Shown in pieces: positions 39,889 through 48,677 of a stretch of DNA of 64,000 bases (position 1 is its first letter; each line of letters begins with the position of its first letter). Source of the stretch: an uncultured Candidatus Rokubacteria bacterium (GTDB taxonomy: Bacteria; Methylomirabilota; Methylomirabilia; Rokubacteriales; DASRDR01). The stretch spans positions 1-64,000 of the forward strand of contig CAWGVS010000002.1 in assembly GCA_963826115.1 (NCBI GenBank). Reading direction: 5' to 3'. The translations under genes and the position numbers were made by a program. Under the pieces are notes generated by a model. That model searched no databases. It saw only the letters and a program-made list of their open reading frames with translations, and had not been told where the DNA came from.

Positions 39889-42800
39889 TCATCGTCGGCG
39901 CACAGCCCGTTCGAGAGCGACCGCGCGGACGAAACCGTCTTCCGTATCAGCATGAACGGGTCCGCTATCCGGCACCATGGCAGCCGCCGCCAAGTAGTCA
40001 TGGGGCCTGCACGTGAACACAACGATCTGAAAGGAGCGAGCCTTGTCTATGAGCAACGCGCGGAACCAGTCCATACGGTCGCCGTCGCTCTGGACCAGCT
40101 GATCATCCAGGACGATGGTCGTACAGAGGTACTCCCCAAGGGAGATGCGGTACAACGTCGAGAGCTGCTCTCGCGTTCCGACCGAGATCCGGTCGATCTC
40201 CCGAGCCGCCCCGGCTGCTAGTACGCCCTCTGTGGCGAGGTGGGCGGTCAGCTGCACGCCCTGGTAACGCTGTTTCGTCAACTCTTGGAAGCGACCCGCG
40301 ATGGCTGGGGCAAGGGCCTGGCCCAGATTGTTGGCTTGAGCGGCGTCGGCCTCCTTCATCTGCTCGAGCAGGAGCCGCCATGCCTCATAGTCCTCTTCGA
40401 TCTCTCGCTCCTGGCGCTCGGCGAGGTCGAATGCCTCCAAGGCGTCGCGTAGCCGCTCGCGTGCTACGGCGCCACCGACCTGCTCGAGCGCACCGTGTGC
40501 CCGTTGCATCTCACGATCGATATCATCGAGGACCCGTTCGGCGGTCGCCAGGGTATCCCGAGATGCGGACAGCTCGCCCGCGCTGATGTCCCGCGCTGGA
40601 ACCGGAAGAGCGGTGTGCCGCGCCGATGCCGTGGAGAGCATCGCCTCCGCGGCATCGAGATCGTGCGCGGCGCGCAGTTCCTGCAGATCCGCAAGGTGGC
40701 GCATCTCGGAGGCGTGTTCGGCGGTCGCCTGTGTGACAGCCTCTTGAGCAGTGTTGGTGGCCGTGCGCGCCGCATCCGCCTTGGCGCGCGCACCGGCTAC
40801 GGCTTCCTCCATCTTCCGCGTGCGTGTCTCGATCGAACGCTCCAAGGCGCCGAGCTCCGCCGCGATCCTCTCCCGATCCGAGAAGGCGGCACGGAGGGAC
40901 TCTTCGGCCGCGCTCGCCGACTCGGCGATGCCAGATGGAAACTGCCGAACGGCGGCGTCCCGCGTCTGCTTGGCGGCGTCGAGAGTCGCCCGTGCCGCCC
41001 GAACACGCTCCTCCGCGACGCTGTGCGTCGTGGCCGCCTCTCTCGCCGCGCTCCTCGACTTTTCCGCCTCCTGCGACGCTTGTTGGCGACGAGCCCCGAG
41101 GGCGGTGCCCGGATCCTTGCCCAACCGGTCGAGCTCAGCGCTCAGACTCTCGAGGGACACGTCGCCGAGGGCCGCATGGCAGGCCTCGGCACGGGAGAGA
41201 GCCGCGGTCAGCGCGTCTTTCGCGCCGGCGAGAGCCGAGATGTCCCGGCGAACGACATCCAAGGCCCGGTCCATTTCTTTGAGGCTCGCATCCAGCTCCC
41301 GCGCCTCCGCCACCCGCGTTTCGAGCACATCCAGATCAGACGCGCCGGCCGCGGCGAGGTGCGGCGCCACCTCACCCGCCCAGCGGGCTTCCAGGCGGCG
41401 GACAGTGTCCTGCGCCTCACGGCGCCCCCCTCGGACACGAACGGTGGCGAGGTCGGCTATGCCGACTTCGACATCACTGTTCGCTTCGATCTCGAACGGC
41501 TGCGCGATGACTCCCGGATCGTCGTGGGCCCCGTCCTTGCGGACGTGGAGGTCGAGGGGGGCCCGCGGAGTCACGGTCACGACGAGGCCGACATTCAACG
41601 CCCCGCGGGCACCCGCCAGGTTCGCCGCGAGGGCTCGCATCGGCGCCAGGGCTTCGGGAGCGGGGACAATGATGGCGGCACGGCGCTTCGCCGCCTCCAC
41701 GCGTTCGGCAACCGTCTTAAGCAGTTGCGCCTGAAGGCCGGCCTCCTTGTCCACGCTGGAGCGGCTGTTCACGACCTGGCCGTCGGCCGCTTGCGCTGCC
41801 AGGGCGCGTTCCAGCAGGTCATACCTTCGCAGTTGCTCACCGACCGCCCTCTCCCCTTCGTCCGCCCGGGACCACTCCTCCCGCACCTGGGCGGCCATCG
41901 CTTCCAATCTGCCGTGTTCCTCCTCGGCGCGCAGCACTTCATCGACGCACTTCTGCGCGGCGGCGACTGCATCGATCGCCTTTTGGGCCTCCATCGCCAC
42001 CTGCTCCGTTGCGGACCTGCGAAGTTCAAGGCCTTGACGCGCCACGGTGTCGGCCATGGCCGGATCCAATCCCGCTGCGCGCGCGGTCTCCTCGGCGGCC
42101 TTCAGACCATCATCCGCTGTAGCCTGGACGTCCCGAGCGATCTTCAGAGCCTGTCTAGCGTTGTCCCGCTTCCCAACAAGCAACTCGACGTTCTGACCGG
42201 CGACGACAACCTCCTCATCCATCTTCCGAATCTGGCCGACCGCCTCCCGCGCGACACGGACGCACTCTGCACCCGCCGCAAGCTCCTCGGTCTGCCTGGT
42301 GAGCAGCTCCACCGCGGCGAGCCCTTCCGTGGCGACCCTTAGGTCCTCCTGATACTGGACGCGCTTCGACACCAGGTCCCGAAGCTGACTCTCCACGCCC
42401 TCGGAATCGTGGACCACCTTCTGCCAACGCTCCTTCTCCTCTCGCGCCGCGTTCAGGCGGTCGGCGGCGGCCTTGAAGACACTCCCCCGCGCCGTCTTCT
42501 TGGCACCCTTGTCCGTGTAGGCTGCGTCTCGTCTGGACTGCACTTCCCGAAGCAAGCCGACGAACAGCGGATCCTGCGCAAGCGCCTGCAACGCCGCGGC
42601 GATCCGTTCCTTGCCCGTTGGCGCGGTGTCGCGTTCCAGGCTTCCCTCAAGGATCGCGCTGACGTCGGCCTGTGTGGACAGCAACGCGGTGGCCAGAAAG
42701 CTGGTCGGAAGACCCTTGGCGGCCCCCGAGCCGCCCGGCTCGGGGATTCCCCAGCGCAGGATCTCCCGCAGTCTGGCATCGACCCTCCGGGCACGTTCCA

Positions 42801-43122
42801 CTTCATCGAACTGCTGACCATCCCGGGACTCCTGCAGCACGGACGAACCGCCCTTCCCGAACTGCTTTCGCACGCGCCAGAAGCGCTGCGCATCCGTTTG
42901 GAACGTCAGCTCGACCATGGGGTCCTGGCCACCGGTCCAGGGCACGAACGATTCGCAATGGGTTGACGTATGGGGTAGAAGGAGCACCAACCGGATCGCG
43001 TCCGCCAGCGTCGACTTGCCGAGATCGTTCGGACCATAGAGCACGTTCAGTCCTGGGCCGAAGACAACCTCCCCCGCCCCAATGCCGGCAACATTCTCGA
43101 CGCGGAGTCGATGAATCCTCAT
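39889..43122 (-). CDS. Rad50/SbcC/YhaN-like ABC-ATPase with long coiled coil
   Basis: Walker A GPNDLGKS, long Ala/Glu/Arg coiled coil, signature ISVGTREQ, Walker B IVLDD..VQSD, FTC. Confidence 0.9.
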   Translation of the reverse strand: MRIHRLRVENVAGIGAGEVVFGPGLNVLYGPNDLGKSTLADAIRLVLLLPHTSTHCESFVPWTGGQDPMVELTFQTDAQRFWRVRKQFGKGGSSVLQESRDGQQFDEVERARRVDARLREILRWGIPEPGGSGAAKGLPTSFLATALLSTQADVSAILEGSLERDTAPTGKERIAAALQALAQDPLFVGLLREVQSRRDAAYTDKGAKKTARGSVFKAAADRLNAAREEKERWQKVVHDSEGVESQLRDLVSKRVQYQEDLRVATEGLAAVELLTRQTEELAAGAECVRVAREAVGQIRKMDEEVVVAGQNVELLVGKRDNARQALKIARDVQATADDGLKAAEETARAAGLDPAMADTVARQGLELRRSATEQVAMEAQKAIDAVAAAQKCVDEVLRAEEEHGRLEAMAAQVREEWSRADEGERAVGEQLRRYDLLERALAAQAADGQVVNSRSSVDKEAGLQAQLLKTVAERVEAAKRRAAIIVPAPEALAPMRALAANLAGARGALNVGLVVTVTPRAPLDLHVRKDGAHDDPGVIAQPFEIEANSDVEVGIADLATVRVRGGRREAQDTVRRLEARWAGEVAPHLAAAGASDLDVLETRVAEARELDASLKEMDRALDVVRRDISALAGAKDALTAALSRAEACHAALGDVSLESLSAELDRLGKDPGTALGARRQQASQEAEKSRSAAREAATTHSVAEERVRAARATLDAAKQTRDAAVRQFPSGIAESASAAEESLRAAFSDRERIAAELGALERSIETRTRKMEEAVAGARAKADAARTATNTAQEAVTQATAEHASEMRHLADLQELRAAHDLDAAEAMLSTASARHTALPVPARDISAGELSASRDTLATAERVLDDIDREMQRAHGALEQVGGAVARERLRDALEAFDLAERQEREIEEDYEAWRLLLEQMKEADAAQANNLGQALAPAIAGRFQELTKQRYQGVQLTAHLATEGVLAAGAAREIDRISVGTREQLSTLYRISLGEYLCTTIVLDDQLVQSDGDRMDWFRALLIDKARSFQIVVFTCRPHDYLAAAAMVPDSGPVHADTEDGFVRAVALERAVRRR

Positions 43123-44282
43123 GGCGCGCGCTCGATCAGGGCATCGTGACTCTGGAGAAGCTTGTACAGGTGGGCCAACGCGCGAGTCGCTTTCGTCTTC
43201 TCGGCTTCGTCGACTGAATCGCCAACGATTCGGTCGAGGCGTGCCACCGTGTCTTTGAGGACAGCAGGAAGGTCGTCTGGAAAGGCACCCGAAGACCCCG
43301 CCTGCAAGCGCAGGTTCGTGCGGTCCACGAGCAGCACGCCCGCGCGTCCGTGAGTCGCGTCGGTTCCCTGGAGATCCTGCACAATCCGCTCGAGTTCGCT
43401 CTCCTCGGACAGAGAGACGATCATGTCGAGGTGGAGCCTCACCACGTGCCGCTCGAGGTGTTGGGTGGTCAGCACTCTGCGCAACTCATTCATGTCACGG
43501 CAATGAACGTCCATCCAACGCCAAAACGCTACGGGCTCCGCATCGACCCGAGGACGGCGACCGTGCCGGAACAAGGCGACGAGCGCCACGTTGCCGGCCG
43601 TCGCCTCGTCGAAGGACGTGGCTTCTGGAGCGCCGGGATACACGGTCGGGACCGGCAGCGCCTCTGTGACGTCGCGGAACGAGTGGGTATCGCCGATGGC
43701 CAAATAGTCGAGTCCGCGCTGAACGCCGGCGTCCCGACGGATTGGGAAATTCGTCTGGTGTCCCTCGATGTCGAACGTTTGGCCGTGAACACAGCCGATC
43801 CGGAGCCGCATATCACCGGGCTGGCGCGCAGGCAGCGCCATCGCAAGGTCGTTCTCGCCCGCCTTCGAATGACACGGCCGCGCGTAAAGGACTGCATCGG
43901 GCGTGATCTCGTACTCAAAGTCGTCTCGATCGACCACATGCACCCACTGCGGAAGACGCGACCGAAAGGGATGCCCTGGAGCCCACACCGATTCCGGAGT
44001 CAGGGGGTCATGGTTGCCGGGGACAAGGAACATGGGAGCATGCGGAGGGGGCTGATCCCTCAACACCTTGACGAGCCCCTCCCAAAAGTCCGCACTCGGT
44101 GCCGGATCGTCAAACAGATCGCCCGCGCACAGAACAGCGTTGACGCTGTTCCGTCGCGCCACATCGAGGATCCTCGAGATCACCTCCATCCGCGCCCGCG
44201 ACAGCTTCTTCTGCGCCTCCTCGGGAAATGACGGGAACCGGCGCCCGAGGTGCCAGTCCGCGGTGTGCAGCAGCCTCAGCAC
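43119..44282 (-). CDS. Mre11/SbcD/YhaO-like metallophosphoesterase nuclease
   Basis: HTADWHLG, AGDLFD, PGNHD, HG, LAIGDTH, YPGAPE; GTG start overlaps the helicase stop. Confidence 0.92.
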   Translation of the reverse strand: MLRLLHTADWHLGRRFPSFPEEAQKKLSRARMEVISRILDVARRNSVNAVLCAGDLFDDPAPSADFWEGLVKVLRDQPPPHAPMFLVPGNHDPLTPESVWAPGHPFRSRLPQWVHVVDRDDFEYEITPDAVLYARPCHSKAGENDLAMALPARQPGDMRLRIGCVHGQTFDIEGHQTNFPIRRDAGVQRGLDYLAIGDTHSFRDVTEALPVPTVYPGAPEATSFDEATAGNVALVALFRHGRRPRVDAEPVAFWRWMDVHCRDMNELRRVLTTQHLERHVVRLHLDMIVSLSEESELERIVQDLQGTDATHGRAGVLLVDRTNLRLQAGSSGAFPDDLPAVLKDTVARLDRIVGDSVDEAEKTKATRALAHLYKLLQSHDALIERAP

Positions 44283-47221
44283 GACGTCTTCGGGTCCGGG
44301 GGGTTTATCCGGAATGCCGCTCGGAACAGCCGCGTCACTTTGGGCGCCCGATATCGAAGCTCGTGGTATTGGTCCCGCCATTTTCGGTAGACCTCATCTT
44401 GCCTGGAGTCCAGAGCGTTGATCCGGCGCTCCAGCGCCTCGTCCCTCGTTGCGAGCCGCTCGATCTCCTCCTCGACCCTCTCGCGAGCGCTCGACCCGAC
44501 GATCTGATCGCGGCGATCTCGCGCTGAGCGTAACTGTTCGGCGATCCTGGCCCGTTCGCGGCGGCTGACGAGTACCTTGTCGTCGACGAACCGCTCGAGC
44601 TGCCCGATAGCCTGGTCGAAATGCTCCTGCTCCCTCTTTTCGACTTGCCGCTGGTCGACGAATACCGCCTCGTCTACGGCGTCATCGAGCCAGGGGGGAT
44701 CGACGATGGCCTCGATCGCGGGTCCGTCCACCGCCCGCAGGCGACAGATCTCAGCGGCCAGCGTCGGCTCGATGGGAACGCCCTCCACGACGGCCGCGGC
44801 GATCACTCGGTGCACCGGCTCGAAGCCGGCGTAGTCCACGAGAGCCACTCCGAGCACACCGGTCTTTCCCGCCAGAGCCCACAGATCGGCCGACGCGTCG
44901 TGCGGCAGCAAGAATCCGACCGAGCCCCCGGCCCACGTTCGGGCGTCTGCGATCGCCGCGTGGACCAATGGATGCGACAGGTTCAGCGCCTCGGCGTCCC
45001 GAAGACCTCGCGCATCTCCGGTCGCAAACAGATGGCCACTCCCGTGTCTGGGAGTGAGAGGTCCCGGCGTCGCAACATCAAAGATGACCCGACCACGCTC
45101 GTCGGAATGCCGGTACTCCACCCCACGCGCGTCGAGGTAGCCATCCACCAGTTCGGCGAGGTCTCGGTCGAGCTGCGCGAGCGCACCGGGCAATTCCGCG
45201 CGAAGCCGCCGAAAGACCTTTCGCACGTCGTCGTCGAACCGGGATTCGATGACCTGCGAGGTGCGCTCGTACTCCTTCTCGTACGCGTCCCGCCGATCCG
45301 AGATCCTGTCGCGGAGCGCAGCGATCTCTCGGGTCATCTCGTCAATGGTGCGCGACCGGCTGTAGATGCTCCGGAGGTCGCTCTCGAGCTCGACGGATAG
45401 AGCCGACACGACGATCTCCGGGGCGTCAGTGCGGGGCTCGTGCAGTACGTGGTCCGAGGCGTCCAGGACCTTGCCGAACAGGTCGAGCTTCTGGCTCAGG
45501 ATCTCGAAGGTCAGTCGATGGGCCTCATTGTCGCGCGCGATGAAGTTGACCACCGTGACGTCATGCTGCTGGCTGTAACGATGGCAGCGGCCAATGCGCT
45601 GCTCGATGCGCTGGGGGTTCCATGGCAGGTCGTAGTTGATGACCGTCTCGCAGAACTGGAGGTTCAGCCCCTTCGCGCCGGCCTCGGTGCACACCAGAAC
45701 CTTCGACCGAGTTCTGAACTCATGGACAAGAGCCAGCCTTACCGCTACCGTGCGACTGGGTCTTGACCCGGGCGCAAGGCGGACTCCTTCCTCCTGCTGC
45801 CAGCGAGTGTAGGCCTCGGTGGCGCGCTCGTGGTCGTTGGCGCCGCGGAACAACGTGATCTCGTCGTCCTGCAGACCCATGTCAAGTAGGAGAATTCGGA
45901 TGTACTCCTGCGTCCGTATGGATTCGGTGAACACAACGGCCTTCCCGCTACCGCGCCCCTCTCGTCCCAGCTCGAGCACAAGGCCGATCGCCTCCTTGAA
46001 CGAGCGCGCCTTCGCATCGTTTGGAAGAGCGCGAGCACGAGCGACGAAGGCTTCGACGCGGGCCAGCTCCGCAGCAAGGGCCAGCCGGTCCGTTGGAGGC
46101 CGCGTCTCCTCGGGTTGCGCCTCGTCATCGTCCTCCTCTTCCAGATCGAGCTGGTTCTCGATCGCCATGTCATCGACGGGCTGACCGGATTCGAGTCCCC
46201 GAAGACGCCGCGCGACGTTCTCGAGGCTCGCGGCCAGCGCGGAAATCGATGACGCCATGCGCCGATGGAACCCGATCAGCAGCAGCCGGCGCTGCCGACC
46301 AGAGAACGCGTAGATCGAAGGCTCAAGGAGATACTGCGTCACGTCATCGTAGAGCGACCGCTCGTCGTCACTCATCGAGTACTCGTAGAGCCGGCATCGG
46401 CGCTGCGTGAAGGGCCGATCCAGGAACTCCTGGGCCTGCCGGCGAAGCGTCCGCTGCAGCACAGTCGCGAGGCGTCGCTGGAGCTCGTGCTCCTGGCCGG
46501 GCACCAGCGTCCGGTCATCCTCGGCACAAAAGACCTGGCGGAAAGTAGTGATGTCGCCGAGCAGCGTGCCCGTGGGTTCCACGTATTGGACCAGCCCCCA
46601 CAGCTCCGCGAGCGAGTTTTGTATCGGCGTCGCGGTGAGCAGAAGGACGGGGGAGGACCGAAGAAACCCGCGAACCCGATGCGCCATCATCGCCTCTTCC
46701 GAGGCGTCGTCGTAGATGCCGTCGCGTCCGTAGCGCTTGTGCAGGCCCGCGAATATCTCGTGCGCCTCGTCGATGACCACCAGGTCAAAAGGAGGCACGG
46801 CGCCCAGGGGCGTCGCCCCACGCTCGCTGCCCGCGAACTCACGGCCCACCAAGTACACCCCAGGCGCGAGGAACGTTTGGTCCTCTCGCGCCTGGACGCC
46901 GAAGAGGTTGAACAGCTCGTTCTGCCACTGGCCGATGAGCGACTTGGGGACGATCAGCAGGATGCGCTGAGCGCCTTCCGCACGTGTTTGTGCGATCACC
47001 AACCCGGCCTCGATGGTCTTGCCGAGACCGACCTCGTCCGCGAGGATGCAGCCGCCTTCCCTTAGCCGTCGCAGCGCAAAGATGACCGCGTCGATCTGGT
47101 GGGGGTTCGGGTCGATCCGTGCTTGGCGTTGGGACGCCGCATAGCGCTCCCGGTCATCTGGCCGGCGGATCCGCACAAGCTCTTCGGCGAGAAGGCGACG
47201 ATTGAATGGATGGAGGTTCAT
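44276..47221 (-). CDS. SNF2-family (RapA/HepA-like) helicase
   Basis: PHQ, LADEVGLGKT, DEAH, LTATP, EAGAKGLNLQ, YDLPWNPQRIEQRIGRCHR; C-terminal coiled coil. Confidence 0.95.
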   Translation of the reverse strand: MNLHPFNRRLLAEELVRIRRPDDRERYAASQRQARIDPNPHQIDAVIFALRRLREGGCILADEVGLGKTIEAGLVIAQTRAEGAQRILLIVPKSLIGQWQNELFNLFGVQAREDQTFLAPGVYLVGREFAGSERGATPLGAVPPFDLVVIDEAHEIFAGLHKRYGRDGIYDDASEEAMMAHRVRGFLRSSPVLLLTATPIQNSLAELWGLVQYVEPTGTLLGDITTFRQVFCAEDDRTLVPGQEHELQRRLATVLQRTLRRQAQEFLDRPFTQRRCRLYEYSMSDDERSLYDDVTQYLLEPSIYAFSGRQRRLLLIGFHRRMASSISALAASLENVARRLRGLESGQPVDDMAIENQLDLEEEDDDEAQPEETRPPTDRLALAAELARVEAFVARARALPNDAKARSFKEAIGLVLELGREGRGSGKAVVFTESIRTQEYIRILLLDMGLQDDEITLFRGANDHERATEAYTRWQQEEGVRLAPGSRPSRTVAVRLALVHEFRTRSKVLVCTEAGAKGLNLQFCETVINYDLPWNPQRIEQRIGRCHRYSQQHDVTVVNFIARDNEAHRLTFEILSQKLDLFGKVLDASDHVLHEPRTDAPEIVVSALSVELESDLRSIYSRSRTIDEMTREIAALRDRISDRRDAYEKEYERTSQVIESRFDDDVRKVFRRLRAELPGALAQLDRDLAELVDGYLDARGVEYRHSDERGRVIFDVATPGPLTPRHGSGHLFATGDARGLRDAEALNLSHPLVHAAIADARTWAGGSVGFLLPHDASADLWALAGKTGVLGVALVDYAGFEPVHRVIAAAVVEGVPIEPTLAAEICRLRAVDGPAIEAIVDPPWLDDAVDEAVFVDQRQVEKREQEHFDQAIGQLERFVDDKVLVSRRERARIAEQLRSARDRRDQIVGSSARERVEEEIERLATRDEALERRINALDSRQDEVYRKWRDQYHELRYRAPKVTRLFRAAFRINPPDPKTSC

Positions 47222-47340
47222 CAGACGGCCCTTGGACGTGCAGAGGCGAAACGCGACGGCCGTCGATCGCTGCCCTCAGTAGCGGCGTTTGCCCTCTTCT
47301 GGGCCAGCATCATGGGATCATGGGCCGGTGGTGTCGTTCA

Positions 47341-47559
47341 TCCGGCGTACTCCCGTTCGGAACCTGGTCAACGCCGGAGTGCCGGAGCGGGTCGCCTGAC
47401 GGGCCACCGCACTCGAAGCGTGTTCGACAGGTACCACATCCGTGAGTCCGGCAGACTTGCGGGAGGTTGCCAGGCGGCTCACCTCGTCCGAGGAACCACG
47501 CTAAACCGGGTACATTTCCGGGTACAGCCAGGGGGCTGGCACTCGCCCAGCCCCCTGGC
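47341..47559 (+). repeat. Direct repeat copy 2: pseudogenised integrase 3' end with intact arm repeats and hairpin
   Basis: 7-bp deletion and +1 insertion versus int; CCGGGTACA at 47506 and 47518; perfect 12-bp stem at 47528-47558. Confidence 0.92.
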
Positions 47560-47575
47560 AACTACCCGTCAGATA

Positions 47576-47653
47576 TGGCGGGGTCGACGGGACTTGAACC
47601 CGCGGCCTCTGGCTTGACAGGCCAGTGTGCTAACCAGGCTGCACCACGACCCC
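47576..47653 (-). tRNA. tRNA-Asp (GTC)
   Basis: GGGGTCG/CGACCCC acceptor stem, D arm, CTGGC-CTGTCAA-GCCAG anticodon arm, TTCAAGT loop, G discriminator, encoded CCA. Confidence 0.97.
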
Positions 47654-47672
47654 GATGCGGAAGAACGCAGTC

Positions 47673-47701
47673 AGACTAGCGACTTACCGCACACCTGTCA
47701 A
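47673..47701 (-). promoter_or_regulatory. Sigma70 promoter for the intact tRNA-Asp, located inside the island end
   Basis: TTGACA-17 bp-TAGTCT, -10 box ending 19 bp before the tRNA 5' end. Confidence 0.8.
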
Positions 47702-47820
47702 CTCGCGACGTCGGTCACGCGCGACATCGGTAGCAACCGGACCAAACTATGCCCACACCTATGCTTGAGAGACCACTGGCCTTTGGGGCCAGTGGCTCAG
47801 GGGAGTGCGTTGGGTGGGAT

Positions 47821-48060
47821 TCAGGCACTCCGCGCTCGTCGGACGTGTTCGGCGAGGAGGTCGTTGATGAGGGACTGATAGCCAAGCCCACGCCGCTTGG
47901 CCTCGCGCCGCACGGCATCGAGAACCTGGGGATCGATCCGAATCGCAATGAGTCGGCGGGCCGCCGCCCCCAGGGGGGGCCGCCCGACGCGCCGCATCGC
48001 CCGGAGCTGCGCGGGGGACGCCTCCGGGATATCGGAGAAGTCAATCCCGGGACGCCGCAT
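47821..48060 (-). CDS. brnA: BrnA antitoxin family protein
   Basis: IDFSDIPE, IAIRIDPQVL, GYQSLINDLL. Confidence 0.9.
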   Translation of the reverse strand: MRRPGIDFSDIPEASPAQLRAMRRVGRPPLGAAARRLIAIRIDPQVLDAVRREAKRRGLGYQSLINDLLAEHVRRARSA

Positions 48061-48328
48061 AGCCCGCCCGCTCCTTGCGGCTCGCCCGGCGCGCGCTGAT
48101 GATGCGGATGCTCTCGCCATCGCCTTCCCTCCTCACGGTATACGCCACGATGAGCACACGGCCGGTCGCCGCTCGGCCCAGTCGGAGGAATCGCGCCTCC
48201 TCCGCGGAGTGACCCAGATCCGGGCCATCGAGGGCGTCCGGATCACCGAACACGGTCGCCGCCTCCTCGAACGAGACCCTGTGCTTGGCGCGGTTGACCG
48301 CGGCCTTCCGCGCGTCCCATTCGAACAT
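48041..48328 (-). CDS. brnT: BrnT family toxin
   Basis: FEWD..K...N..KH.VSFEEA..VF, IRIISARRA..KER. Confidence 0.93.
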   Translation of the reverse strand: MFEWDARKAAVNRAKHRVSFEEAATVFGDPDALDGPDLGHSAEEARFLRLGRAATGRVLIVAYTVRREGDGESIRIISARRASRKERAGYAASRD

Positions 48329-48372
48329 GGTTCAGTATATACGAAACTCGGTCGGCTACCGCGACGTGCTCG

Positions 48373-48402
48373 CTATGCCAGAAACTATGCCCGCGACCGC
48401 CC
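48373..48402. repeat. 30-bp direct repeat (arm-type site), copy of 60007-60036
   Basis: CTATGCCAGAAACTATGCCCGCGACCGCCC versus CTATGCCCGAAACTATGCCCGCGACCGCCC, 1 mismatch. Confidence 0.85.
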
Positions 48403-48677
48403 TCCCCGGCGTCAGCAGGGGGAGTCAAGGATTCCCCGATCCAGCGCATTGGGAAAGACGACGCCTATGGGCCGAGCGACGCGAGCCGGGGGAGCCCCAG
48501 GAGCAGGTTCACGCCGAAGAACATCGCGCCCAGGACCAGCCCATACACCCAGAAATCGCAGCCCCGACGCGATCGTATGCAGGTCCCCGATGACGGCAGG
48601 CCGCTCGATCCAGCGATATCGAGCCGCTCCCGAACCCCTGGCGACCCGTTTCGCTGGTCGTCGCATGAGGTCACTTC

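Larger units (their letters stand above)
16900..47575. mobile_element. Integrated plasmid/ICE-like element at the tRNA-Asp 3' end (left boundary unresolved)
   Basis: ~20 kb of co-oriented partition, ssb, radC, recombination, xis and int genes; att-arm repeats end ~50 bp from the tRNA CCA; no relaxase/T4SS or capsid genes recognised. Confidence 0.75.

Noticed and set aside
39889-47221. Assignment to Wadjet, Lamassu, DISARM, BREX or Zorya
   Set aside because: Required partners (JetA/B/D, LmuA/C, methylases, PglZ, ZorAB) are not seen.
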